The notes beneath the pieces are model-generated. The model saw nothing but the letters and a program-made list of their open reading frames with translations. It was not told where the DNA came from and made no database searches. Below, piece by piece: positions 11,485 through 22,049 of a DNA stretch of 33,009 nucleotides. Positions within the stretch are counted from its first letter, which is position 1; each line of letters begins with the position of its first letter. This DNA comes from Nemertoderma westbladi (Eukaryota; Animalia; Xenacoelomorpha): assembly GCA_032718475.1 (NCBI GenBank), contig JAUCBJ010005020.1, forward strand, positions 1-33,009, in the 5' to 3' direction. A program made the translations under genes and the position numbers.

Positions 11485-12679
11485 CTGGTCACCCATTATC
11501 ACCAAGCTCTATAAAGCACTAAGCAGCAAAGCCTACTGCTACACCCTACTGCTGACAAGCTGGTGATGTTGTACAGGCTGGCGAAATTTGAGGTTTTGTC
11601 TCAAATTTGAGGTTTAACCTCAAATTTCAATTTTCGCCCCCAATAAAAGCATGTTTGCATCGGTGAAATATTTTATTGCATCGATAAAAGTTCTTATTTT
11701 ACATTATATTCTAACATATTAAAGGTAGAAGTTGCTCCAATAGTTTCCCTAAGTCGCAGCAACACTCGATATTATGAGCCAAAAAATACCTCAAATTTGA
11801 ACAAAAAACCCCAATTTTCGACAGTCTATTACCAGAATTCGAAATTTGGGGTAACCCCAAAATTGATGATCTCCCTGACTGGCCTGATTTTAATTTTTAT
11901 TAAGTCTGTAAGTTGCTAATCTCAGCTAACAAGTGACATATACCTGTATACGGTTTAAAGTTTTATTTATTTTTAGCTACCCGGCAGCCGGGGGGGGGGG
12001 GGGGGGGGGAGGGGGGCGGGGTGAATTTTATCATACTTTTTAAAGTAATTTTAACGTATTACTGTATTATTTCTGTAATTATAAAGTTTTATGTAATCTG
12101 TGTTTGTGATTTACGGTAATTTTCCTAGTTACTTACTTATTCATTCATTCATACCTGCATACCACTGACCACCTGGGGCTGGGGTCAATAATCAGATAAT
12201 GACCCCACTGATAAACTCTAATACCGGACCGGTTAGGGTTAGCAGTTAGGGTACCGGTAGGGCTGTAGGCCTAGGGTGCATAACCTTCCTCTTTTTTCGA
12301 AATTAGTGTTCTAGATAGTTTTATTTTGTTACACTCCCCAAAAACAGGAAAATGTGTTCCATGCCAAATTTTATGAAAATTGAACAATGTCTAGTGTAGA
12401 GGGTCCACACTCACTGACTCACACAAAGCACATGCAGACATGGCCAGGCCAGTTCCTGCCCTGAGCAGCTTGGTGCAAGTGAGTCATATTCCCCATTTTT
12501 GTGATGATCAACTTCGAGTATTCCTACTGCAATGTGCAATGATATTACTGTATTATGCTCAGTAGAACCGCATTTAGTTGGTGTACTGTCTGACTGTAGA
12601 CAGGTAGACACAGTCAAAACAAGCGTGGAGCGAATAGTTCTTGAAGAGATATTGCAGAAAATGTGAAGTCTGGCACAAC

Positions 12680-13731
12680 CAAGGTGTAGGGGTAGGCTAC
12701 TAAATAACAAACAGGTCATGCAGCGAGTGGATTGCTGAAATTAGCGTGGGCTTATCGTTTCCTTATTTATGATACTATTTGCATAATATTTCCTTAGAAA
12801 CTTCTTATATGCTACTTTTGGTAGGTGGATATCAGGATATGAAGAATAGGATTCATAGAAATATAATAAAAAGTCTTTCTGGAATTTTTATCTTGTAGTT
12901 GCCAAGGTAACCTGGTACAAAGTTCAAACTTTAAAAGGTGAGTAAAGGGAATAAAAGTCTATCAGAATATTTTACATTTAAATTTGTTTACATCGCCATT
13001 GTCATGGTAATAAGTACAATGACAAATCTGAATAAAATTCTACCAAATCTATAAAACACCATTTTTATTCGGTTTGTCAGTCAAAATAGTATGTTTTTAT
13101 TGCCAACATTTTATTTTATAAATAGTAAATTGTGAATGACAGTTATGAGGGTCAATATGTGACAATAACCAAAACTGTCCAATCAGATAGAAAGACTTGT
13201 GACAGCATGATTTTTACATTGCAGAATATTAAATTTCGGTTTGCAATTATTAGAAACAAAGGACAACCACCAGGCCAGGCATGTCAGGTGCAAATGAAAT
13301 AAATAGTAAATAGTAGCCTAATTTCTCACTGGCGGTCATAGTGGCAAATTATCGTAATACCCATCCCATCACCCACCATGGAAACGGGATTGAAAAAACC
13401 ATTAATGTAAAATATTCTTTTACCTTTATTCCCTTTACTCACCTACCAAATCTCAAGAACAGAATCCCTCGTCGTCTTGAATTACCCAAGGTGCAAAGTT
13501 TGAACTTTGCACCGGGTTACCTTAGCAACTACAAGATAAAAATTCCGGAAACACTTTTTATTACATTTCTATAAACCCTACTGCCCTAGTCATCATAGCC
13601 ACCTAACAAAAGTAGCATAAAAGAAGTTATTAGGAAATATTATGAAAAAAGTGCCATAAATAGGGTAAAGATCGGCCCACGCTAATTTCAGAAATCCACT
13701 CGCTGCATGACCTGTATTTTAGTACACCTTG
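12680..13731. mobile_element. Non-autonomous foldback element, P-superfamily-like
   Basis: Termini CAAGGTGTA / TACACCTTG with perfect 8-bp TSD GGCACAAC (12672-12679, 13732-13739). Diverged long TIRs ~12680-13010 versus ~13375-13731. Confidence 0.88.
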
Positions 13732-13899
13732 GGCACAACATACAAGGCAACATTAGCGTCTTGATGCGATATTGACAAATACACTATAAATGATACTTCT
13801 AATTATCTCAAGGCATTCAGAATTTAGGCCCTACACATCTGCAATGATCAATTTGTGATGTTGACACTCTAAAAATATTAGTTGAGTGGTTAGCAGTTA

Positions 13900-14008
13900 G
13901 TTCTCGAGTTATTGTACAAAATGTCAAGGCTAGGCTGCTAGGTCCACCAATTGATGACCTTATATTGAGTTGACCTAGTCCAGACATTTTGAACAATAAC
14001 TTGGGAAC
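13900..14008. repeat. Imperfect ~110-bp hairpin repeat
   Basis: gttctcgagttattgtacaaaatgtc (13900-13925) versus gacattttgaacaataacttgggaac (13983-14008), 3 mismatches. Confidence 0.7.
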
Positions 14009-14092
14009 GGTTCTATCACATTTGAGGCACAGTTACAAACACCTTTCCCCAGTGGCATTTTTTGGACCGATTTGTCTCAAATTTCACACAGA

Positions 14093-16906
14093 CCCTATTG
14101 AAAAGTTTTATTTTCTGCGCCGAATGCGGCGCCGGGTGCCAAAAATCCTGCGCCAGCTCTGAGCAAAACCACGCCGGGTGCAAAAAATCCTGCGCCGGCT
14201 CTGTGCAAAACCACGCCGGGTGTAAAAAGTCCTGCGCCGGCTCTGTGCACACCCACGCCCATGCCAGGTGCAAAAATCCTGCGCCGGCTCTGTGCAATGC
14301 AAAATGCTGCGCCGCGCCGGGTGAAAAATTTTCCACTGGCTCTTCAAAGCTGCACCGGGCTGACTGGTATAAAACATAAAATCTGCCTGTTATACTGTAC
14401 AGTACCTGTAGTTTATTCGGTTATCCATTATACTGCAGCTGCACTAATCCGAGTTGTTACTTAAACGAACGAAAGTTGTGGGTGGGTGAAATGAAAATAA
14501 GGATACAGAGACGGAAAACCTTAATAAAGACAAATGCAACAAGTACAGTAGGTGAGTTGTTTTATTCCAAAAGTGTAACATTACGAAACAACTACTTAAG
14601 AAACACTGCATGTAAATTTTTGTTGTCAAGTAAAGTGTACATTTTTTGAAATTACTCAAATGTGACAATATGAATTATAGAAAGAATATTAAAGACTACT
14701 TCAGTAGGCCTAGTCCTTGTATTTATGTACCGTACTACGTTCTACTGTACTTTACTACATACTACGTACTGTGGTCCGGTATACGTCTATGCTACAGATA
14801 CGGTATGTCTGAATGAATAATGACTAGCTGTATGTTATGTTTATTAATATCGCCAGAATAACAATAAAATATTAATTTTTGCACATGTACGTACACGTAC
14901 AGTAGATTAAAATAAAATGAACACATATCTGGCAAAGTACGCTAATAAGCGTATGTACTATTGTAAGAAAAATACGGATAATGGTATTCAGGTAAAATTA
15001 GTAAAATAATTAAAATTATCGTTTATTTACAGTACTTACAGTACAGTTGTTGCATATTAATTATAAAAAAAATGAAATTACAGTAAAATTAAATTAAAAA
15101 CCGGCAAAGCATACTTACAGTAGGTTCAAGGGCTTCAACAACATACAGTACTAAAGGCAAACATATTAATAAGGGACAAGTTTACAATACTCTATATAGG
15201 ATACAACACAACAATACGTAGTTATACGGAACATAAATTTGGTACCGTAGGTACAGTATGTCGCATAAGTAAAATATTACTGCTGAAATAAAACGCGCAA
15301 AGTAAAGTAACTACAAAAGATCGGAAAACAATTAAACATAAAAAATCGCTATTTTAAAATTTAACACAAAAAATGATTTTTGGGATTGAAAAAATGAAAA
15401 TAATAGGTACTGTAGCTAGATTTTAATAAAGATATCGTTGTATCCGAAAGATATCGCTTTCGCTACTGCCACTTGGCGCACAGGAGTATAACTATTATAT
15501 TCATTTTAAGGGACATTTCGCAGTCTAGTCTATTTTTGAATGTGTTCAAGCATGGAGTACCAAGGGTGCATTAACAACACTTTCCGGTAATGGTAAAGGA
15601 TTCCAAATGTTTACAACACTGTCTACAAAGTTGTTGCGTGTTAGCATTGGTGGAGTTAGGAGCGAAACTGGAAGAAATTACTTTGCTCAATTTTGTCAAT
15701 CCCGTTGATAAACTTGTATGTTGTTTATAAGGTCGGCTAGTACACGGCGATATATTAATGTCGGTAGTTTGAGTGCAAGTGCGGAGGAATGGCGAACAAA
15801 CAACTGTGTCGTATTCAAGGAGAGGCCGAACAAGGGATTTGTATAACAGGGTCAGAGGGTAAACATCGGAGCTTCCAAATATGTAAAAGTTCTTCGTATT
15901 AAATGTACGACTCGCATGGCGCGGGCTGCAGTCTTTGTGCAGTGAGCTGTGATGCTGTGAAGGACAAGTCTAGTGTAAATGTAATTCCAAAATCACGTTC
16001 CTCGGTTGCCGAGAAAAGTGTCCGTCCATTCATTGTGTAAAAAGTTGCTTGGGGATTTCATGACCTTGCACTTGGAGTCATTGAACTGCAATTTCCAATG
16101 GTTACACATGTGTGTCGGTAATAAATTGTTTCATTATCAATACCGGTAGTGCCATAGTATAAGTCGTTTTGTTTTATTCACTGTTCAACTTCATTCTGTT
16201 TTATTATGTGCAGTTTTATTTATACGCTTCTATCATCTATGACAGCGGTGTCTCCATCCAAATAATATAATATAATATAAATATAGCTTATACAATACAG
16301 CAATATTATGTAAATAAATAAACTGACTATGACCAATAGCAATAATGACTGATCAGCTGATAGCTGGAACTGTGACCTGAGACTGGAGCTGGAACCTACC
16401 TGCCAGCCTGCAGACCTGCCTACTGCATAACAGCATAAGGTTAAATACGTAAATAAATGACCAGTTGCAATCAGCCAGTGCTGCAGTGTGAGTTTCCTTT
16501 CTGCCTCCTGCCTGCCTGCATGGCCAGTTGTTATTGTGTTGCTGTGCTGTTGGTCTGATGAACGCATGTCTGCTGTCTCAATCTCACTGTCTCTGTCTGC
16601 CTGGTGTTAGGTTCGGCTGATTTCTGCGCCAGGCAAATATGTACGCCGGGTGTGCTGGGCTGATTCCTGCTCCGGCGCCGGGTCAATTTCTGCAGCGTCG
16701 ACGCCGGTAATATTTCGACGCCTGCTGCGCCGAGCGCAGCATCTCTACCATTGCCAGTGCTCCGCCGGCTACGCCGGCGTAGCACATCTCTGCGCCGACC
16801 CTTTCGGCTCATTGCCCGGCGTAGCACATTTCTGCGCCAGTTCCCGGCGCAAGTTCTAGTGCTGCGCCGAACGTGCTCGGCGTACATGTAAAACTTTTCA
16901 ATAGGG
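14093..16906. mobile_element. Non-autonomous DNA transposon with CCC termini and 8-bp TSD
   Basis: 18-bp TIR ccctattgaaaagtttta / taaaacttttcaataggg with perfect TSD CACACAGA (14085-14092, 16907-16914). Subterminal tgcgccgg arrays at both ends (42-bp units at ~14130-14300; 16620-16870). Confidence 0.92.
15523..16106 (-). mobile_element. 5'-truncated, frameshifted CR1-group LINE ORF2 3' fragment
   Basis: Minus-strand peptides WKLQFNDSKCKVM, YTMNGRTLFSATEERDFGITFTLDLSF, LIRRTFTYL, LLYKSLVRPLLEY, LKLPTLIYRRVLADLI, VVNIWNPLP, LNTFKNRLD are canonical CR1 post-RT motifs in the correct order. Confidence 0.9.
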
Positions 16907-17481
16907 CACACAGACACTCTATGACCTGTGTAAATTCATATAAACAATTTTTTCCGCTTCGAGCAGCACGATTGAAAATAATGAGTTTATACTTTATAGC
17001 TTTTTTTCTCGAAAAGTCAATTTTTGCTTGTTTTCAAATGTGCACAATTTCCTCAATTTTCCTCCAAACAGCCAAATGGCCGGAAAATCTACAGACAGAC
17101 ACCCCATGTCGTTTATTTAATGTGGTGTAAAATTTACGGCTGCAGAGGATGATGTGCTTTCGCGCAGCACGTGAAAAAAACTGTCTTTTTTAGAAAAATT
17201 TGACCACTATCAGTACTGCCCTGCCAGACCAGACAAACTCACTACCCAGACCCGGTACCGGTACCTACTGCACTGCACTGTAAGTCAGTAAGTAGTCAAT
17301 CAACTAATAGTCAAATAATATTTTAAAGCAATTATTAGGCCTATATTACTGTAGGCCTATTACAGTGCTTATTTTTAGGAATTGTGGCATTTTGTTCAGT
17401 AATAAAGCAATTTGCAGTTTGTGGACTTTATTAATAGTTAGTCAAGTCAGTTTTAGTCAGTTTGGTAATCATATGCAATAA

Positions 17482-18046
17482 TACAGTGCAATGTATTCTA
17501 ATCAAATATTGTTATTATTGCTACTATTAGTATTACGTTAAAAAATAAACTTTCAAATAATGTGGTTTCTTAATAAGGAATAGAGGAATTAACACACTTT
17601 GGAAATGAGTGGTTTGCCATGGACATATCTGAATCAACAAACTTTTGAAAAAAGTATAAGTGGTTCACTGCGGGCATAGGGGAATCGAATCGACCAAAAA
17701 ATTTCTTACCACTGTCTGACTGTGCAGCTGTGCCACAAATGTGATATAATAATGTGATAAGGCATAGTGATAAGAAATTTTTTGGTCGATTCCCCTATGC
17801 CTGTGGCGAACCACTTATACTTTTTTTTTCAAACATAGATGAATCACCTATGCCCATGCCCATGGCAGCAAGGCGAACCACTTATACCTTTCAAAAGTTT
17901 GTTGATTCAGCTATGTCCATGGCAAACCACTCATTTTCAAAGTGTTGATTCCTCTATGCCCTTATTGAGAAACCTAATTATTTGAAAGTTTATTTATCTT
18001 ATAATAGTGATAATAACAATATTTGATTAGCATACATTGCACTGTA
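17482..18046. repeat. Long foldback inverted repeat (~230-bp arms, ~50-bp spacer)
   Basis: tacagtgcaatgtat..aatcaaatattgttatta..ttgccatggacata..gaccaaaaaatttctta is mirrored from 17765 to 18046. The right arm has an internal duplication (ggcgaaccacttatac twice). Confidence 0.85.
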
Positions 18047-18107
18047 ATTTGAGATAAATCGGTCCAAAAATTGCCACTGGGGAAAGGTGTCGGCTGTGCC
18101 TCAAATG

Positions 18108-18208
18108 TGATAGAACCTTACTTACTATACTACCCTACTATACTACTTATGATAGAACCTTACTATACTACCCTACTATACTACTTATGATAGAAACTTA
18201 CTATACTA
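18108..18208. repeat. ~38-bp tandem repeat spanning the right TIR end
   Basis: tgatagaaccttactatactaccctactatactactta repeated ~2.5 times. Confidence 0.8.
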
Positions 18209-18217
18209 TATAATAAT

Positions 18218-18691
18218 TTTATTTATATTTGTCCCGGCTTTAAAATGCAATTGCGTAACTTGGCAGAATCTCAGAATAGTGCAATGAATTTAGAAATATA
18301 CTGTAAATTTCATGATTACATATACGTCCATATATTACCTGTAATCTTAATTAACCGATGCATTTTTTCATAACGTTGTCATAATACAGTAATAGGCCCG
18401 CCCCATACAGCGTTATTTAATTATTGTTTCTGGCCCAACTATTTTTTCGAGCGCCAGCACTACTCTATTATGCATTATTTTTAAACTATGTAATTTGTAA
18501 CTTGTGCTTTCTCCCATGTTCGAGGCATAGGCCTACAGCTACCGGTACCTGTCACCTGTATATTGATTGTTAATTATGGTCCGGTAACTTAATATTTTTT
18601 TGATCTAATTTTATTTTTAATTACCGGTAATTAATCACATTTTTATTTATATTTTATTCCCGCCTTAAAACGCAAATGCGTAACTTGCCAG
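18218..18691. repeat. ~50-bp diverged direct repeats about 425 bp apart
   Basis: tttatttatattt..cccgNcYttaaaaYgcaaWtgcgtaacttgNcag at 18218-18266 and 18642-18691. Confidence 0.65.
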
Positions 18692-19632
18692 CCATTACGA
18701 AAAACAAAATTTTTATAATATTATGTATAAGTATTTATCTTGGTGCAATGCAGACTGTATAACCAATAACTGAACGTGTACATTACATTACGTAACATTA
18801 CCTGTCAGCTCAATAATTTTAGATAATAGCGAGTCATCACCATCAGTCATATTCAAATTAAATTTTACTGTAATTTTGTCCTAATCATGGATTATCTTTA
18901 TTTCTGTAATTTGTGTTTGTAGGTTTGAAATGTATTTTAATGATACCGGTACTGGCGTAATTAAACTAAACTAAAAAATCTTGTTATTTCCATGACTTGC
19001 TGATGTGAGTGCAGTGCAATAGTAATGTATTAATTGTTATTGCTTGTAGTGTTATTTATTATTTCAGTATTTGGATTTAACTTTTTATTCTATTCAATTT
19101 AAATAAGCTATTTTAATTATTATTTATTAATACCGGTAATTTAAAAGTTAATTTTACAAGAACTAATTTTATAACTCTAACTCTAAACTTCAGGACACTA
19201 CTGCTCGACGCAAATTTCCCTTTACATATCACCCTACCTACTTTCTTATACTTATAACACTAAATAAACTGATTATATAAAGATGAAAGTTACTTACCGC
19301 TACCGGCAGACCGGTATGCAAAAATATATTTAATTATTAAAATGTATGTAGGGTACCCTGGTATGTATTTATTGTAACTGGGTATAATAGTCTATAACTT
19401 CTGAACTTATAGGTGTAGCCTGTAAAGTTGGTTAATTATACACCATTTTATCCATTAAGTTATAAAATATTTGCAACGTGCAGACGTGCGTTCTTCTGTT
19501 TAAATAATTTACTGTAATCTGTAAAGGAAAGGGTTCTCCATCCCCAGCTTGTAGTTTGGAGTTCAGACGTTGCGATGACTGAAGGAAGCTAGTCTGATCT
19601 TTACTTTTTTTTCTTGCAGGCATACATCTATG

Positions 19633-19765
19633 CTTATTCCCCAGAAGTTAGTTATTTTCCCAGTTATTTAACCCGCGGGCAGGAAACAACCCGAGGGCGA
19701 AGCCCGAGGGTGTTCCTGCCCAAGGGTTAAATAACTGGGAAAATAACTAACTTCTGGGGAATAAG
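19633..19765. mobile_element. 133-bp palindromic element with GGGCGAAGCCC centre (Crypton-like non-autonomous type)
   Basis: Perfect arms cttattccccagaagttagttattttcccagttatttaaccc / gggttaaataactgggaaaataactaacttctggggaataag. Related palindromes gttattttgcccWaggg at ~19968 and ~21867. Family assignment is by resemblance only. Confidence 0.7.
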
Positions 19766-20081
19766 TAAGTTGTTACACATGTACTGTGGTATGTATTTCG
19801 ATTATTTTTATCCCTTAACAACTATTTACAGATTCTAAAAGGGCATTGTTTGGGGGGAGAGTTTACAAAATGGGGCTTGGAAAGTTTTGGGGGTGTTTAT
19901 ATTGATTTTTCCCAAGGGCATTGGAAAATTTTCGGTGTGTTTCACTTTAATTCATTAATTGCATAGGTGTTATTTTGCCCAAGGGAATAATAACACCCAA
20001 GCTCCAAAGGTAAAACATTAGGCCTACTGTGTCATGTGTGTTGTATAGCTCTATGCTTAATTCATCCAATCGCCGTAAGAT

Positions 20082-20143
20082 TCGATCATCAAAAAAGCAC
20101 CTGAATTTGTTATCGATCATGAAAAAAGCACCTGAATTTGTTA
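20082..20143. repeat. 31-bp tandem duplication
   Basis: tcgatcatSaaaaaagcacctgaatttgtta twice. Confidence 0.85.
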
Positions 20144-20486
20144 ATGAAAATTGATGTCAAACTTATTTAAATGGTTTACATTCTAAAATTCCTATTTTCT
20201 TACATTGGCCGCTAGGAGTAACATTGCATAAACTTCAAATTGGATATATAACTAAATTGGCTGAATTGATTGAATAGTATTTTTGGTGGACATGTCATGT
20301 ATCCACTACCCACAGAAGGGGGGTGTATATCGTTTACATTAAATACATTTATTAGTATAAATAATTATTTAGTACTTAAGAAAATGTTAATTAATGTAAT
20401 GGTTCTGGAATATATGAAGTTTATTAAGAATATATATTATATGTATATGAATATATATTATTATATTTATATTACTTACTATAGAG

Positions 20487-20740
20487 TTTCGGATTTTGCT
20501 CAAACTACGTGGAAAGCTACAAACATTTTCTATTTCGATGCTCTTTCAACACATGTAATAAAGTTTAAGAAATTCCACGAAAAATATTTTCACATTTACA
20601 TTTTTCGCCGGGAAAAGTAAGTTCAATGCAATCCTAGGCCTACTGTATGATTAACTATTATTCCCTAGGGAAAAAAGTAGGTACTTCTTTTTCTCCACAT
20701 TTTGAGCTATATTTGAGCTAACTAATTAGTAACATTATAA
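20487..20740 (+). repeat. Dispersed repeat copy homologous to 6643-7272 and lacking the MITE
   Basis: Collinear diverged blocks; a single aatatttt at the position where the other copy has the insertion. Confidence 0.65.
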
Positions 20741-20925
20741 GAATAACATTAATATTCCATAGTAACGGGTTGTTATGCCAGTTTTAAAAGAATGATGTCA
20801 CTTAGAGTCGACCAACACCTATCTCCGCTCCACTATATCAAAGTATGGTCTAGAAAATGTAGTTTTGGCTAAGAACTGCATAAAAGTAAAGTAAAGTTAT
20901 ATTCAAGAAACACCCGAGGTAAGAT

Positions 20926-20986
20926 ATGGAGCCTTTGGGTTGTTGCCTCGGGTGTTTCACCCGAGGCAACAACCCAAAGGCTCCAT
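20926..20986. repeat. Perfect 29-bp-stem hairpin with 3-nt loop
   Basis: atggagcctttgggttgttgcctcgggtg-ttt-cacccgaggcaacaacccaaaggctccat. An extra gaaacacccgagg at 20907-20919 can pair alternatively. Confidence 0.9.
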
Positions 20987-21099
20987 TCTCTTGGCTATTA
21001 TCTGTAACGCAGGGAATGCACCACACTACTCCCAAGGTCGAGTACTCTGGTTATCTAACCATATTCTTTACTCCTTAACTCATGTTAGTCAGTATTCAT

Positions 21100-21245
21100 G
21101 TTAGTCAAACCCTATTAGTCAGTATGTCGTTACATTCAATTATCCGTAACTCATGACAGGTTGCCATTAGCCTACAGTACAACTAGAAGCTAGCAACAAT
21201 TTGGCTGTTCTGGGGCTTGAACACCAGACCTTCCGCTTAGAAGAC
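21100..21245 (-). mobile_element. Possible decayed tRNA-derived SINE head
   Basis: Minus strand ttctaagcggaaggtctggtGTTCAAGCCcc resembles a tRNA 3' half with a Pol III B box. A box and tail not seen. Confidence 0.3.
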
Positions 21246-21653
21246 CGGTTAATACTTTTTTTACTTTACTTTAATATTAAAACGTTTCAATGTCTGTATT
21301 AAAAAGGAAAAGGCAGAAAGGGGCGACGACATTCTTAGATATATTTTTTAAACATTTAGGAGGAAGGAACTGGAGAAACGCCTCACTGCAGTACGAGGTA
21401 GTACGGTACCTTGCAGCCTATATAAATACAGGCCAAACTAGACCTACCTGCAGGGCTGCAGGCTGCAGACCTGGTACGGTGCGACTCTGGACTGTGACAC
21501 TATGTAGGCCTACTGTACCGGTACCTCTTAATTTGCCGTGGAAATTGAAAGTTTAGTCATAGGTCAGTGCCGTCAGTATAAGTCGTCAGTATGAGTATGA
21601 CAATGAGGTGATTAATGAGACATAAATAGGCCTTGCTGTCTAGTGGAGCACAG

Positions 21654-21711
21654 CCCAATAATAATGAAACATGAAATACAAAACGCCCAATAATAATGAA
21701 ACATGAAGTAC
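21654..21711. repeat. ~32-bp tandem duplication
   Basis: gcccaataataatgaaacatgaaRtaca twice. Confidence 0.8.
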
Positions 21712-22005
21712 AGTACAAAACTAGTTGGTGGTCTCAATACCTGATTTACACCTGATGTGACACACAACAGACCTAAGACGAGTACAGCAGCATTACCGGT
21801 TCCTATGTTTGTATGTCAGTATGTGGTGTCACGATAAACACTTCACTACTAAGAGGGAATAACATGGTTATTTTGCCCTAGGGCAAAATAACTTTTTTGG
21901 CCGTAGCCCAGCATTAGGGATAGTTATCATCCCGCTAATAAATGTGTAACAACATATAATATCGGTACCGGTACACACTACACATCACATAAATAACACC
22001 TTGTC

Positions 22006-22028
22006 CATTTATTATTTAAGCTTTTCAG
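22006..22028 (+). promoter_or_regulatory. Putative 3' splice acceptor (cis- or trans-splicing) 21 nt upstream of the SF1 ATG
   Basis: T-rich tract ending CTTTTCAG (AG at 22027-22028), followed by a short ATG-free leader. Confidence 0.5.
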
Positions 22029-22049
22029 CTTCTATATATTGTTCTGTGT

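Larger units (their letters stand above)
6228..11881. mobile_element. Putative large old TIR element (CAGTCAGG termini) hosting several nested insertions
   Basis: cagtcagggagatcatcaa at 6228 is inverted at ...ttgatgatctccctgactg ending 11881. Both ends carry aaatttgagg/cctcaaattt subterminal repeats (6245-6355 and 11583-11860). No clear TSD, so these could be two independent half copies. Confidence 0.55.
14009..18117. mobile_element. Outer TIR element (GGTTCTATCAC termini) disrupted by nested insertions
   Basis: ~75-bp TIR ggttctatcacatttgaggcacag..acacctttccccagtggca..ttggaccgattt.tctcaaatt at 14009, inverted at 18046-18117. TSD not evident. Confidence 0.8.

Noticed and set aside
14016-14464. 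Metallothionein-like Cys-rich ORF (CKKSCAGSVQNHAG repeats) and overlapping ORFs
   Set aside because: They coincide with 42-bp subterminal repeats of the 14093-16906 transposon and cross its TIR/TSD.
16531-17130. Arg-rich ORFs
   Set aside because: They derive from GC-rich subterminal repeats at the right end of the same element.
19432-19623. Minus-strand ORF MPARKKSKDQ... as a divergent gene's first exon
   Set aside because: No recognisable homology; the Lys run is the complement of a + strand polypyrimidine tract. Not excluded without RNA data.
21205-21245. tRNA gene
   Set aside because: Only a B-box-like half is present; no cloverleaf or A box.
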